Part shown: positions 1-7,538 of the stretch, one piece after another
Numbering within the stretch: the first letter of the stretch is position 1
Layout of the letters: every line of letters starts with the position of its first letter
Virus record (IMG/VR): IMGVR_UViG_3300020044_009235
Coordinates: 1-28,722 of that record
Reading direction: 5' to 3' (one strand)
DNA from: a virus
Taxonomy: Duplodnaviria > Caudoviricetes
DNA: 28,722 nt
Program-made: the position numbers and the translations under genes
Notes under the pieces: generated by a model
Database searches by the model: none
The model's input: the letters and a program-made list of their open reading frames with translations, nothing else
Told to the model about the DNA's origin: nothing

Positions 1-2
1 AG

Positions 3-104
3 AGCGCGAAGACCGCGAGCGAGATCGACGTGCAGGGCCTGCAAGATGTGATGAACCAGTTCACGGGCTATAACAGCCCGAGCGCGCCTTTTGTGGGCAC
101 CTGA
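3..104 (+). CDS. Partial ORF end (SAKTASEIDVQGLQDVMNQFTGYNSPSAPFVGT*), probably the C-terminus of the portal protein in inverted orientation
   Basis: Hand translation; open from window edge to TGA at 102-104; resembles my recollection of C-termini of BPP-1-like head-tail connectors. Confidence 0.55.
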   Translation, partial: SAKTASEIDVQGLQDVMNQFTGYNSPSAPFVGT

Positions 105-1111
105 TCGAGGTCAGCGGTGTCGATATAAAAAACACCACCCGGGAGGCGCGCCTTGGTGGCCTCTTTGTACCGGGTGGGAACTTGGAGGGGTGGATTGACC
201 ATGTAGTCAATCCCCTGCCCCTTGCGCAGTTGCTGGTGCTGGAGCTGCTTCACGTCCCCCAGGCACTCCATCCCGGGGCTGGTGCCGTAGACGTCGTTCC
301 CCGTCACCACCCAACGCGGGGCGAGCACCGGGAAGCGGTCGAACCCGGACTCGGACAGAAAGGTGTCGCCGCCGTCTTTCCCGGGCTCGAAGTAGATCGA
401 CGCGAAGGGCTTGTTCTTGCCGTCTCGCTTGGCGTAGTCGCGCTCTCGTCGGGGCTCGACGACGTGCAGCACGTCCACCCAGGCGTCGTAGTTGCACTGG
501 GTGTAGAGGCTTTTCACCGTGAGCGAGCAGTTCTCGAGCCCGAACTGACTGACCATCTGCCCGACCGTCATCTGGAACTCGCGCACCAGCGTGTCCACCT
601 CGCCCCGGTCGTTGGTGGCGATCGCGTACTCGCCGATCGTGAGGGGGTGGTGGTGGATCACGTTCTCGAAATCCGGCAGCACGACGGAGGCTGCGGTGCC
701 AAAGAGCCCCAGCTCCTCGTAGACCGAGTGCAGCGCGCGGTAGGTGTTGGACGCTGAGAAGATCCGGCGGATCAGTGCGGCGGTCTCGTGCAGCCAGGCC
801 TTGACGGCGCCGGACTCCATCAGATCCCGGTCCTCGATCTCCAGGCGAAACCACGGGCGCGCGGGGCTCGTGACCCCGCTCATCAGGCCGGCAGCCAGGG
901 TGCGTGCCCCGAAGACCGCGGCGTTGTCCAAAATGTGGTTCGCGCGCTTGTCGCCGCGGTTGCGATCGGTCGCGACAAAGCGCCCGGAGCGCGGCTGCTG
1001 GTAGTCCGAGATCTCACGCCAGTGCGTGATCCAGGAGGATCTCTCGGTCCAGAGCGCGCTCTTTCGCGAGAGCAGCTTCTGGCGGCGGTTGATCGGCGCA
1101 CCGTCGATCAA
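68..1111 (-). CDS. Portal / head-to-tail connector protein (BPP-1/T7-like), C-terminally truncated
   Basis: Motifs LAAGLMSGVTSPARPWFRL, GEVDTLVREF, PRWVVTGNDVYGTSPGMECLGDVKQLQ; 347 aa is short for this family. Confidence 0.88.
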   Translation of the reverse strand: MIDGAPINRRQKLLSRKSALWTERSSWITHWREISDYQQPRSGRFVATDRNRGDKRANHILDNAAVFGARTLAAGLMSGVTSPARPWFRLEIEDRDLMESGAVKAWLHETAALIRRIFSASNTYRALHSVYEELGLFGTAASVVLPDFENVIHHHPLTIGEYAIATNDRGEVDTLVREFQMTVGQMVSQFGLENCSLTVKSLYTQCNYDAWVDVLHVVEPRRERDYAKRDGKNKPFASIYFEPGKDGGDTFLSESGFDRFPVLAPRWVVTGNDVYGTSPGMECLGDVKQLQHQQLRKGQGIDYMVNPPLQVPTRYKEATKARLPGGVFYIDTADLDQVPTKGALGLL

Positions 1112-1138
1112 TAGGGCGTCCCTTTTTTCTTGGGCACG

Positions 1139-1330
1139 TCAACCTCCCAGCAATGTCGCGCGCCCCGTCGACACACCACCCATGACCCCGTTGGGGCTGG
1201 TGAGAAGCGAGCCTCCGACCATTCCGCTCTGGCGGCGCTGGGAGCGCATACGGCCCATGTCCACATCCGGCGGCTTTGCGGGCTGCGGGGGTGGCGGGGG
1301 GTCTGGCATCTTGGGGGACTTCATGCACAT
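1139..1330 (-). CDS. Small Pro-rich protein preceding the portal (MCMKSPK...TLLGG, 63 aa)
   Basis: ATG at 1330 with GGAG RBS; MC start, poly-Pro and TLLGG end typical of the pre-portal gene of such podoviruses. Confidence 0.8.
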   Translation of the reverse strand: MCMKSPKMPDPPPPPQPAKPPDVDMGRMRSQRRQSGMVGGSLLTSPNGVMGGVSTGRATLLGG

Positions 1331-1360
1331 CGGGGCGCGGTCTCCTGCACGTTGGGCGGC

Positions 1361-1393
1361 ATTGTTGCCCGACGCCCCGCGCGACACGGATAC
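1361..1393 (-). promoter_or_regulatory. Putative late promoter GTATCCGTG-N18-AACAAT
   Basis: One of three copies of GTATCCGTG at identical spacing to a -10-like hexamer, upstream of the portal operon. Confidence 0.6.
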
Positions 1394-1397
1394 GGCT

Positions 1398-2729
1398 CTA
1401 GAGGCGCTGGTAGGGGTCGTAGGCCAACACGTCCTCGCGGCCTGATCGGCTCGTGAGGCCCATGCGCTGGGCGCGGGCCACGGTGCCCTCGTCGCGATGG
1501 ACCGGGTAGGCGAAGGTCAATGCCAGCGCATCGCCCAGATCGGGTGAGGGCAGGCCGCGGGCTTTGAGGTCGTCCTTGCTCTCCAACTGGATCTTGTCAG
1601 CCGGCGTGAACCGGTAGGTGGGCGCGGCGAGATCCTGCTTGAGCTCGACGATGTCCGGGATCGCCCCGCCTGCGCGCAGCCACTCGCGCACATCCCACCA
1701 CATCTCGGCGCGCTTGTTGAGGTAGCGGGCGTGATTCGGCGAGGCGCTGAACGCCACCTCGGTCACGTCGTAGTGCAACTGGCGCAGCCGGTCGATCACC
1801 CCTGCCCCGTTGCCCGCATCACAGAACACCGCATCGGGCTTCCAGTCCTCGATGATCTGCGCAATGCGATCGGCCAAGGCCATGTTGTCCAGCCCCTTGA
1901 ACACCCAAGGCTTGCCGGCGAAGAGCCCCTGGCGGGGGAACACGACCGAGCGGTCATCGCCAAAGCGCGCAGGGTCAATGCCCAGCGCCCGCCCGGCCCA
2001 GGAGTAGTCGGCGGGCTTCAGATGTCGCTGGCAGGCGAGCTGCACATCGGACAGGCTGATCAGCTGGTTATCGCCCGCTGCGCTGAAGTCACAGAGCATC
2101 TCGCGCCGGAAGGTGTTCTCGTCGACGGAGGATCGGTAGCGCTCGATCTCGAGCGCCAGGAGCGCATCGGTGTCGTAGCACGTGTAGCTCGCTGCGTGCC
2201 AGTCGGTCTTGGCGCGAGCGCCGAAGAACAATTCGCTGAACAGGTTGATGCCGTGCGGGGTGCCGATCATCATCGCCCAGCCCAGACGGTCCGCGAGCGC
2301 GGGCTGCAGCACCTCGCGCCAGGTCTCGGGCTTGATGTCCGCGACCTCATCGAGCACCACGCCATCGACCCGCAGGCCGCGCATGGAGTCCGGGTTGTCG
2401 GCGCCGAAGATGCGGATCGACGCCCCCGAGGGCTGCAGGATGATGCGTAACTCGGACTCGTTTACCTCGGCCAGCCGGTGCTCGACCAGCGGGGCGACGA
2501 TCTGCTTCAGGCGGTTCCAGGCGATGGTCTTTGCCTGCTTCAAGAGGGGCGCGACGTACAGGAAGAGCCCCAAGGGCTGATCAAAGCGCAGCGCGCTGTC
2601 CAGCAACTGCCTGAGCGCGAGCTCTGTCTTGCCGGCCCGGCGGTGCAATGCCAGCACCGTGAATCGCTGGCGGCGCACGTGGCACTCCTGCTGCCAGGCG
2701 CGCGGGCGGTAGCCGAGATCGATCCTCAC
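1398..2729 (-). CDS. terL: Terminase large subunit
   Basis: Walker A HRRAGKT, Walker B VVLDEVAD, coupling motif IGTPHG, nuclease motifs GIDPARFGDD and SPDLGDALAL. Confidence 0.95.
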   Translation of the reverse strand: MRIDLGYRPRAWQQECHVRRQRFTVLALHRRAGKTELALRQLLDSALRFDQPLGLFLYVAPLLKQAKTIAWNRLKQIVAPLVEHRLAEVNESELRIILQPSGASIRIFGADNPDSMRGLRVDGVVLDEVADIKPETWREVLQPALADRLGWAMMIGTPHGINLFSELFFGARAKTDWHAASYTCYDTDALLALEIERYRSSVDENTFRREMLCDFSAAGDNQLISLSDVQLACQRHLKPADYSWAGRALGIDPARFGDDRSVVFPRQGLFAGKPWVFKGLDNMALADRIAQIIEDWKPDAVFCDAGNGAGVIDRLRQLHYDVTEVAFSASPNHARYLNKRAEMWWDVREWLRAGGAIPDIVELKQDLAAPTYRFTPADKIQLESKDDLKARGLPSPDLGDALALTFAYPVHRDEGTVARAQRMGLTSRSGREDVLAYDPYQRL

Positions 2730-3148
2730 GCGAGATCGGAGTGGTCGCCGGGCTCGGGCACCCCGGTCACGATGATCACCTGGCTCTGGGTGCGCATCGG
2801 GCCGCCGTCGGCGCCGGTCAGCTCCGTGCGATCGGCGTAGACCTGTTTGCGCCTGCCCTTCAGCATCAGGGTCAGCAACTGGTCGCTGAAGCGCGTCTCA
2901 GTGCCCACCAGTGCACCCTGGTGCCACACCCCTTGCTCCCACCCTGCCACCGCGCGCCTGAACGCCTCCTGCTCGGCCCGATCGATGCCTTCCTCGATCG
3001 CGTGGTCCCAGGCATCGGCAAAGTCCTCGTCGGACTGCCGGGCGCGCCAGGCCGTAGTGCGCTCGATGCTCGCCGCCTCGCAGGCATGCCGGATGATCGG
3101 CACCTGGCGCAGGGCGGCGAGGAAGATGGGTTTCCAGTCGTGCTTCAT
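2726..3148 (-). CDS. Terminase small subunit-like protein
   Basis: Directly upstream of and overlapping terL; N-terminal HTH-like segment, EQEAFRRAVAG and ELTGADGGP motifs; start taken at ATG 3148. Confidence 0.75.
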   Translation of the reverse strand: MKHDWKPIFLAALRQVPIIRHACEAASIERTTAWRARQSDEDFADAWDHAIEEGIDRAEQEAFRRAVAGWEQGVWHQGALVGTETRFSDQLLTLMLKGRRKQVYADRTELTGADGGPMRTQSQVIIVTGVPEPGDHSDLA

Positions 3149-3155
3149 GGCGCCC

Positions 3156-3188
3156 ACCCTAGTCGCCCCGGTCCATCGTCACGGATAC
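3156..3188 (-). promoter_or_regulatory. Putative late promoter GTATCCGTG-N18-TAGGGT
   Basis: Second copy of the motif; -10-like hexamer ends 7 nt before ATG 3148. Confidence 0.6.
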
Positions 3189-3404
3189 CCGAATCATGCG
3201 CGCTGCCCACTGCCCCCTGTTCCTGCCCGAGACAATGTGCTGGATGCAACTCTTGCTCACCTCGAACTTCTCCGCCACCTCGGTGTAGCTCAGCCCCTCG
3301 TCCACCAGTGCCAGGATCAGCTCCACATCGTGGTCGGTAAGTTTGGTGTTGGGGTGCGACTCCCCGATGCGTCTGCCAGCGTCGTTCAGCCGAATCTCTC
3401 TCAC
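3159..3404 (-). CDS. Small HTH DNA-binding protein
   Basis: GESHPNTKLTDHDV...GLSYTEVAEKFEVSKSCIQHIVSG, an HTH of the kind found at the C-terminus of HNH homing endonucleases. Confidence 0.75.
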   Translation of the reverse strand: MREIRLNDAGRRIGESHPNTKLTDHDVELILALVDEGLSYTEVAEKFEVSKSCIQHIVSGRNRGQWAARMIRVSVTMDRGD

Positions 3405-3445
3405 TCACCAGACCCTCCCAGTGAACGTGCAGAAATCAGCACATA

Positions 3446-3577
3446 ACCCCCCAACGACCCCCCGCAACCCTGCAACGTGCAACGCGGCCTAAAGGCCCGC
3501 GTTGCAGTCGTTGCTTCGGCGGGTTGCTGCGCAACGTGCAACGCGTAGCAATACGTTGCTCGCGTTGCCGCGTTGCA
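3446..3577. repeat. GCAACG/CGTTGC repeat cluster forming two imperfect palindromes; putative replication origin
   Basis: 15-bp direct repeat GCAACGTGCAACGCG at 3472-3486 and 3531-3545, each followed by inverted CGTTGC copies; directly downstream of the primase-helicase gene. Confidence 0.7.
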
Positions 3578-3578
3578 C

Positions 3579-5564
3579 TCAAAACCCACTCAAGAAATCC
3601 CCCAAGACGCCAAAAACCACATGCTCATCCGCGATCGAAACGCCTGCTGAATCTGTCGAAATCAACCGGTTCAGCGACTGGCGCACCCGCTGACGGCGCG
3701 TATCGCGTGCCCCTTCGGGCTTCACCAAGCGCCCCGCAGCCTCGCTCACCACGCTCTCAACCGGTGCTCTCACACCCCCTGCACACTGCCCTCTGACCAC
3801 ATCCATCACGACCTTTTCGACCGGCCCAAGCGCCCTCTTCTGGCCCTCTGCGACCGGCACCTCGGCCTCGATCACCACGCAACTGGTGACCGGATCCAAG
3901 TCCTCATCGACCCCCAACTGGACCACCTCGAGCTCAAATCCCCAGCGCAATTCATCCTCGCCATCTTTCTGCTTGGACAGCCTCAACCAGCGCCCAGACT
4001 CCTCGCGCACGACCTCGAGCTCCGCGTCTGCGGCAGCGCGGATCCCTGACCAGCCCCTGGCGCCCTTCGACGTGTCCTTGCCCGAGTGATGCACCAGCAG
4101 CACCACGGCCCCGGTGTGGCGGTGGAGCGCTTTGCAGTGCGAGAGCGCCTTACCCATGTCCTCGCCGCTGTTTTCATCCCCACCAGCCGTCGTCTGCGCG
4201 AAGGTGTCGACGATGATCACGGAGGCCCCGCCCGAACCCTTGACGCTGGCAGCCACCGCGGCAGCATCGGTCTTGTCGAGGAAGTTGGGTGCTGCGTGGA
4301 TCACGCCAATGTCCAACCCGTTCAGGTCCAATTCATTGGCAATACCGTAGGCCTTCAAGCGATTGCGGAACCCCCCTGCCCCTTCTGCGGCGATGTACAC
4401 CACCCTCCCCTGGCGCACGCGCTTTCCACGCCACGGCACACCCCGTGCAATGCAGCCGGCAATGTCCAGCGCGAGAAAGGATTTGCCGGAGCCCGAGGCG
4501 CCGTAGAGCACCACGAGCTCGGCGGCGGGCAGGACGTGCTTCACGATCCACTGGGGAGGCTCACCGCTTGAGAACTCAGCGGCGGGGACGACGGGGAACT
4601 TGATCGGCGCGGCCTCGCTGGCCGTCTCAGAGGCCGCCTCCACCAGCACGTCGAACTCGTAGACGCTGGCCGGGGCGTTCAGCACAATGCCCGCGCCGTA
4701 CTGATTCGCGAGCTTCACCAGCGAAGCCCCAGTGACCTGGAGCCCACTGCCCTTGCCGAAACTCCTCCAGCGCTCCTGGTCGTAGCGCCTGCCGCCGTGC
4801 TTCTCGCTCTTCTCCGACCACTGCTCCCAGAGCTCAAAGCCCTTTCCACCGGTCTCGCAGTGGATCGCCATGCCGACGCGCAGCCAGTCGTCGTAGTGAA
4901 GAGTCCCTGGCAGTGCGGCCAAGCACTGCTCGATCTGTGCCGTCGTCAGCCCGATCGGGCTGGTGCTCTCTGGCACGGAGTCCCGCGCGAAGCGCGCACG
5001 GGCGAGATCCATCAACTCCCGGGGCACCGCGGCGACGGTGTTCTCGAGCCCGAGCAGCTCGCAACCGGGCAAGCTGTTGCCGGTGAAGGTGACGTAGCCC
5101 TTGGTGCTGAAGAACTCCAGCCCATAAGGCCCGGTGAGGTCTTTGCCGTTGCCGAGATTGCCCCTGAAAAACAACCGCACACCCTGCCCGCTCGGTGAAA
5201 ACTCCGAGTAGCTCTGGCAGATCAGAGGCTCAATGTCCGGGTGGATCTCGCCGCCCGTGACGCAGTTGTCGACATCGACGGCCACCACACCCCACTGCTC
5301 AAGGGTGGCGAAGCCCACACCGTCGAAGCCCCTGCGCACGGCCGCCGCACGCGCAGCCTCAAAGGTGACCAGGTGGGCGATGTCCTCGCGCGAGCCCTGC
5401 TCGCCGGAGCGCTTGGCGCCGTTGGCGTAGTAGGGCATTTTGCGGGGCTTCTTGTCGCCGGGGTGATCCTCGAAGCGCCAGCACACCCAGCCGGGCAGAT
5501 CGCGGATAGCAGTGGGTGCCTCGAGGGACCACAGATGAGGCGTGACCTTGGTGAGGTTGGCCAT
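3579..5564 (-). CDS. Primase-helicase (AEP-like primase, PriCT-2, RepA/AAA_25 helicase)
   Basis: VAVDVD and EFSPSGQGVRLF primase motifs, YDDWLRVGMAIH PriCT-2, Walker A GASGSGKS, IIVDT, LVHHSGKD...RGWS; start taken at ATG 5564. Confidence 0.92.
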   Translation of the reverse strand: MANLTKVTPHLWSLEAPTAIRDLPGWVCWRFEDHPGDKKPRKMPYYANGAKRSGEQGSREDIAHLVTFEAARAAAVRRGFDGVGFATLEQWGVVAVDVDNCVTGGEIHPDIEPLICQSYSEFSPSGQGVRLFFRGNLGNGKDLTGPYGLEFFSTKGYVTFTGNSLPGCELLGLENTVAAVPRELMDLARARFARDSVPESTSPIGLTTAQIEQCLAALPGTLHYDDWLRVGMAIHCETGGKGFELWEQWSEKSEKHGGRRYDQERWRSFGKGSGLQVTGASLVKLANQYGAGIVLNAPASVYEFDVLVEAASETASEAAPIKFPVVPAAEFSSGEPPQWIVKHVLPAAELVVLYGASGSGKSFLALDIAGCIARGVPWRGKRVRQGRVVYIAAEGAGGFRNRLKAYGIANELDLNGLDIGVIHAAPNFLDKTDAAAVAASVKGSGGASVIIVDTFAQTTAGGDENSGEDMGKALSHCKALHRHTGAVVLLVHHSGKDTSKGARGWSGIRAAADAELEVVREESGRWLRLSKQKDGEDELRWGFELEVVQLGVDEDLDPVTSCVVIEAEVPVAEGQKRALGPVEKVVMDVVRGQCAGGVRAPVESVVSEAAGRLVKPEGARDTRRQRVRQSLNRLISTDSAGVSIADEHVVFGVLGDFLSGF

Positions 5565-5568
5565 CACA

Positions 5569-5754
5569 TCAGTGGCCCCCGACCAGCGCGAAGCACCGTT
5601 CGCAGGCTTTACCTGGTTGCTCCGGGTCACACGTGCAGGGCTGGCGCAGGATGTAGGTCCACATCTGCGCGGACTCCTGGCGCAGTTGCTCCAGCTCGGA
5701 TTTGAGGCAATGCAGGCACTCCTCCTGCGGGCACATGTGCAAACAGATGCTCAT
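5569..5754 (-). CDS. Small Cys-rich hypothetical protein (61 aa)
   Basis: ATG overlaps stop of the Cro-like gene (ATGA); CLHMC, CLHC, CTC, CERC motifs. Confidence 0.6.
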   Translation of the reverse strand: MSICLHMCPQEECLHCLKSELEQLRQESAQMWTYILRQPCTCDPEQPGKACERCFALVGGH

Positions 5755-6047
5755 GCCGCCACCTCGGTCAGACCCTCGGCCCGGGCGCCAAGGCACTTGC
5801 GCGCGTAGTCGCACTGCGCACAGGCATCTGCGAGATCGGTGCGGTAAATCCGTGGCAGCCGGCCCTTGGAGGCACGCGCCATCTCGGCCGTCACGCGCTC
5901 GATCTCGCCAGCGCGCTCGGCTGAGCACTGGCGGTGCCCGTTGGCGTATTGGTAAAGCGTGGCGCGGCTGGTGCCGACGCGCTCGGCTAACACGTGTTGT
6001 TCATCCGCGCTCGCGAGCGCGATCCAGATCTTCAGCGGGGAGCGCAT
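5751..6047 (-). CDS. Cro-like HTH regulator with C-terminal CxxC
   Basis: LAERVGTSRATLYQYANGHR HTH; divergent from the CI-like gene; start at ATG 6047 with AAGGA upstream. Confidence 0.8.
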   Translation of the reverse strand: MRSPLKIWIALASADEQHVLAERVGTSRATLYQYANGHRQCSAERAGEIERVTAEMARASKGRLPRIYRTDLADACAQCDYARKCLGARAEGLTEVAA

Positions 6048-6079
6048 GAGGGGGCCATCCTTATTGTGGGCCCCTACAG

Positions 6080-6095
6080 TGTAGCAAACAGTACA
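6080..6095. promoter_or_regulatory. Operator TGTAGC-AAAC-AGTACA in the cro/cI intergenic region
   Basis: Matches palindromic consensus TGTAGC-N4-GCTACA; overlaps an extended -10 (TGcTACACT) on the minus strand. Confidence 0.7.
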
Positions 6096-6135
6096 CTGGT
6101 TGCAGCAAGTGCGTTGACCGTTTATGTTTGGCCCC

Positions 6136-6561
6136 ATGAGTGACCCCATCTACGACATCCGACTCCAGAACCTGCGACTGCTGATCCAGCAGTGGGAGGG
6201 GGCGACCACGCTGGCCAAAAAGCTCGGCCACGCGAACGCCTCCTACCTGGTGCAGTTGGCTGGCCCCAATCCCCGGCGCACCGTCTCCGAGAAGGTGGCG
6301 CGTGACATGGAAGAGAAACTCCGACTGCCGCCGCGCTGGATGGACGAGCCCCACGCCGATGCGCATCTGCACATCGATGATGCGTTTGTGCGCGAGTGCG
6401 TGTTGGCAGTGTCGGTGTGCATCCGTGACGCAGGTCTTGCGCTGGATCCCGAGGTAATTGCTACACTCACGTCACTTGCGTATGAACACGCAAGAGCAAA
6501 AGGAGAGGTCGACAAGGTCTTCATAACCGGCCTGTTGGACCTGACGAAAAAGAAACACTAA
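6136..6561 (+). CDS. CI-like phage repressor (no S24 peptidase domain visible)
   Basis: IRLQNLRLLI...TTLAKKLGHANASYLVQL...VSEKVARDMEEKLRLPPRWMD is a typical repressor N-terminal HTH. Confidence 0.82.
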   Translation: MSDPIYDIRLQNLRLLIQQWEGATTLAKKLGHANASYLVQLAGPNPRRTVSEKVARDMEEKLRLPPRWMDEPHADAHLHIDDAFVRECVLAVSVCIRDAGLALDPEVIATLTSLAYEHARAKGEVDKVFITGLLDLTKKKH

Positions 6562-6575
6562 CGGAGTGCGATTGC

Positions 6576-6740
6576 GTGAAAGATGGCATCAACGAGCTGA
6601 TTAGACAAAGGGCGCTGTATCTGATGGAATCCGAGAACCTGCTCTCGGATCCCGTGCTGATTTTGGCAAACCGCGTGCGCGTGCTCACCTGGGTGATCAC
6701 GGTGGCCACCGTCACACAAGTGGGTTTGCGACTGCTCTGA
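6576..6740 (+). CDS. Small protein with hydrophobic C-terminus (54 aa), co-oriented with the repressor
   Basis: Hand translation MKDGINELIRQRALYLMESENLLSDPVLILANRVRVLTWVITVATVTQVGLRLL; GGAG RBS at 6563-6566; stop immediately before a terminator. Confidence 0.6.
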   Translation: MKDGINELIRQRALYLMESENLLSDPVLILANRVRVLTWVITVATVTQVGLRLL

Positions 6741-6784
6741 CCCGGCGGGCTTGAAATTTTTTTCAGACTCGTCGGGTTTTTTTG
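6741..6784 (+). terminator. Rho-independent terminator of the repressor operon
   Basis: Stem CCCGGCGGGCTTGAAA/TTTCAGACTCGTCGGG followed by a T tract. Confidence 0.75.
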
Positions 6785-6816
6785 TTGACGGAGAATGTAG
6801 CAGCCGCTACATTCTT
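6785..6816 (+). promoter_or_regulatory. Sigma70-type early promoter with overlapping operator
   Basis: TTGACG-17 bp-TACATT; perfect inverted repeat AGAATGTAGC-AGCC-GCTACATTCT at 6793-6816. Confidence 0.85.
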
Positions 6817-6843
6817 CATCACCACACCACAGGAGCGCACGCC

Positions 6844-7104
6844 ATGCACCCCTTCACCCCCGTCGCCTTCACCGCCGTCGTTGTCGGCTTTGTCTGGGCC
6901 AGTCAGAGCGACTACCAGGCCGAGGTCGCCGCCGACCAGCATTACTGCGAGATGGTGGCGCTGCAGAAGCGCTGGATGCGGGAGCACCCGGGCGCGGTCG
7001 GGCGTGAGGCCGCACTGGCGCGACCGGGCTGGCCCGAGCATCGGTGGGATGTGGATTGCGAGCAGTTTGGGATTTTTTTCGACCAACAATTTAGCAGCCG
7101 CTAA
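6844..7104 (+). CDS. Hypothetical early protein with N-terminal hydrophobic segment
   Basis: AGGAG RBS before ATG 6844; N-terminal TM/signal-like stretch, YCEMV...GWP motif. Confidence 0.7.
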   Translation: MHPFTPVAFTAVVVGFVWASQSDYQAEVAADQHYCEMVALQKRWMREHPGAVGREAALARPGWPEHRWDVDCEQFGIFFDQQFSSR

Positions 7105-7107
7105 CTA
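7079..7107 (+). promoter_or_regulatory. Second, degenerate copy of the promoter/operator cassette
   Basis: TCGACC-17 bp-TAACTA containing TTTAGC-AGCC-GCTAAC, preceded by a T tract as at 6777-6813. Confidence 0.6.
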
Positions 7108-7118
7108 GGAGTTTGCAG

Positions 7119-7538
7119 ATGATACAGGTCACTCTCACCTTCTCCTCCCTCTCCGCCGCGCTGATGGCGCTGCGCGAGATCCCCGAGAACACCCTGACCG
7201 GTGCGCTCACCGACATCACCCCTGCCGAGGAGGCTGCGCTCGAGGCGCCCGCCCCAAAGCCTGTGAAGAAGGCGAAGCCTGCCCCCGCGCTGGAGGCTGC
7301 CCCTGCCCCGCCTACTGTGACGCCCACGGTGGAGCCTCTCCCGGGCGTTGCGCCCGCGGTGCAGTACGGGGAGCTCCAGAAGGCCGTGCTGTTGCTGGCA
7401 GGTAAGAACCGCGATGCCGCGCTCTCGCTCGCCTCGAGCATGGGCGTGAAGACGTTTAAGGATCTCGACGCCGCGCGCTGGCCGGAAGCCCTGGCCGCGG
7501 TGAACACCAAAATCGCCGAGCTGGGGGTGATGCAATGA
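7119..7538 (+). CDS. Hypothetical Ala/Pro-rich protein
   Basis: AGGAG RBS; ORF overlaps the start of the DUF2800 gene, a usual position in this module. Confidence 0.75.
   Translation: MIQVTLTFSSLSAALMALREIPENTLTGALTDITPAEEAALEAPAPKPVKKAKPAPALEAAPAPPTVTPTVEPLPGVAPAVQYGELQKAVLLLAGKNRDAALSLASSMGVKTFKDLDAARWPEALAAVNTKIAELGVMQ

Noticed and set aside
3446-3577. CRISPR mini-array or coding ORFs over the GCAACG repeats
   Set aside because: Repeats are short, inverted and irregularly spaced; overlapping ORFs have no RBS or recognisable motifs
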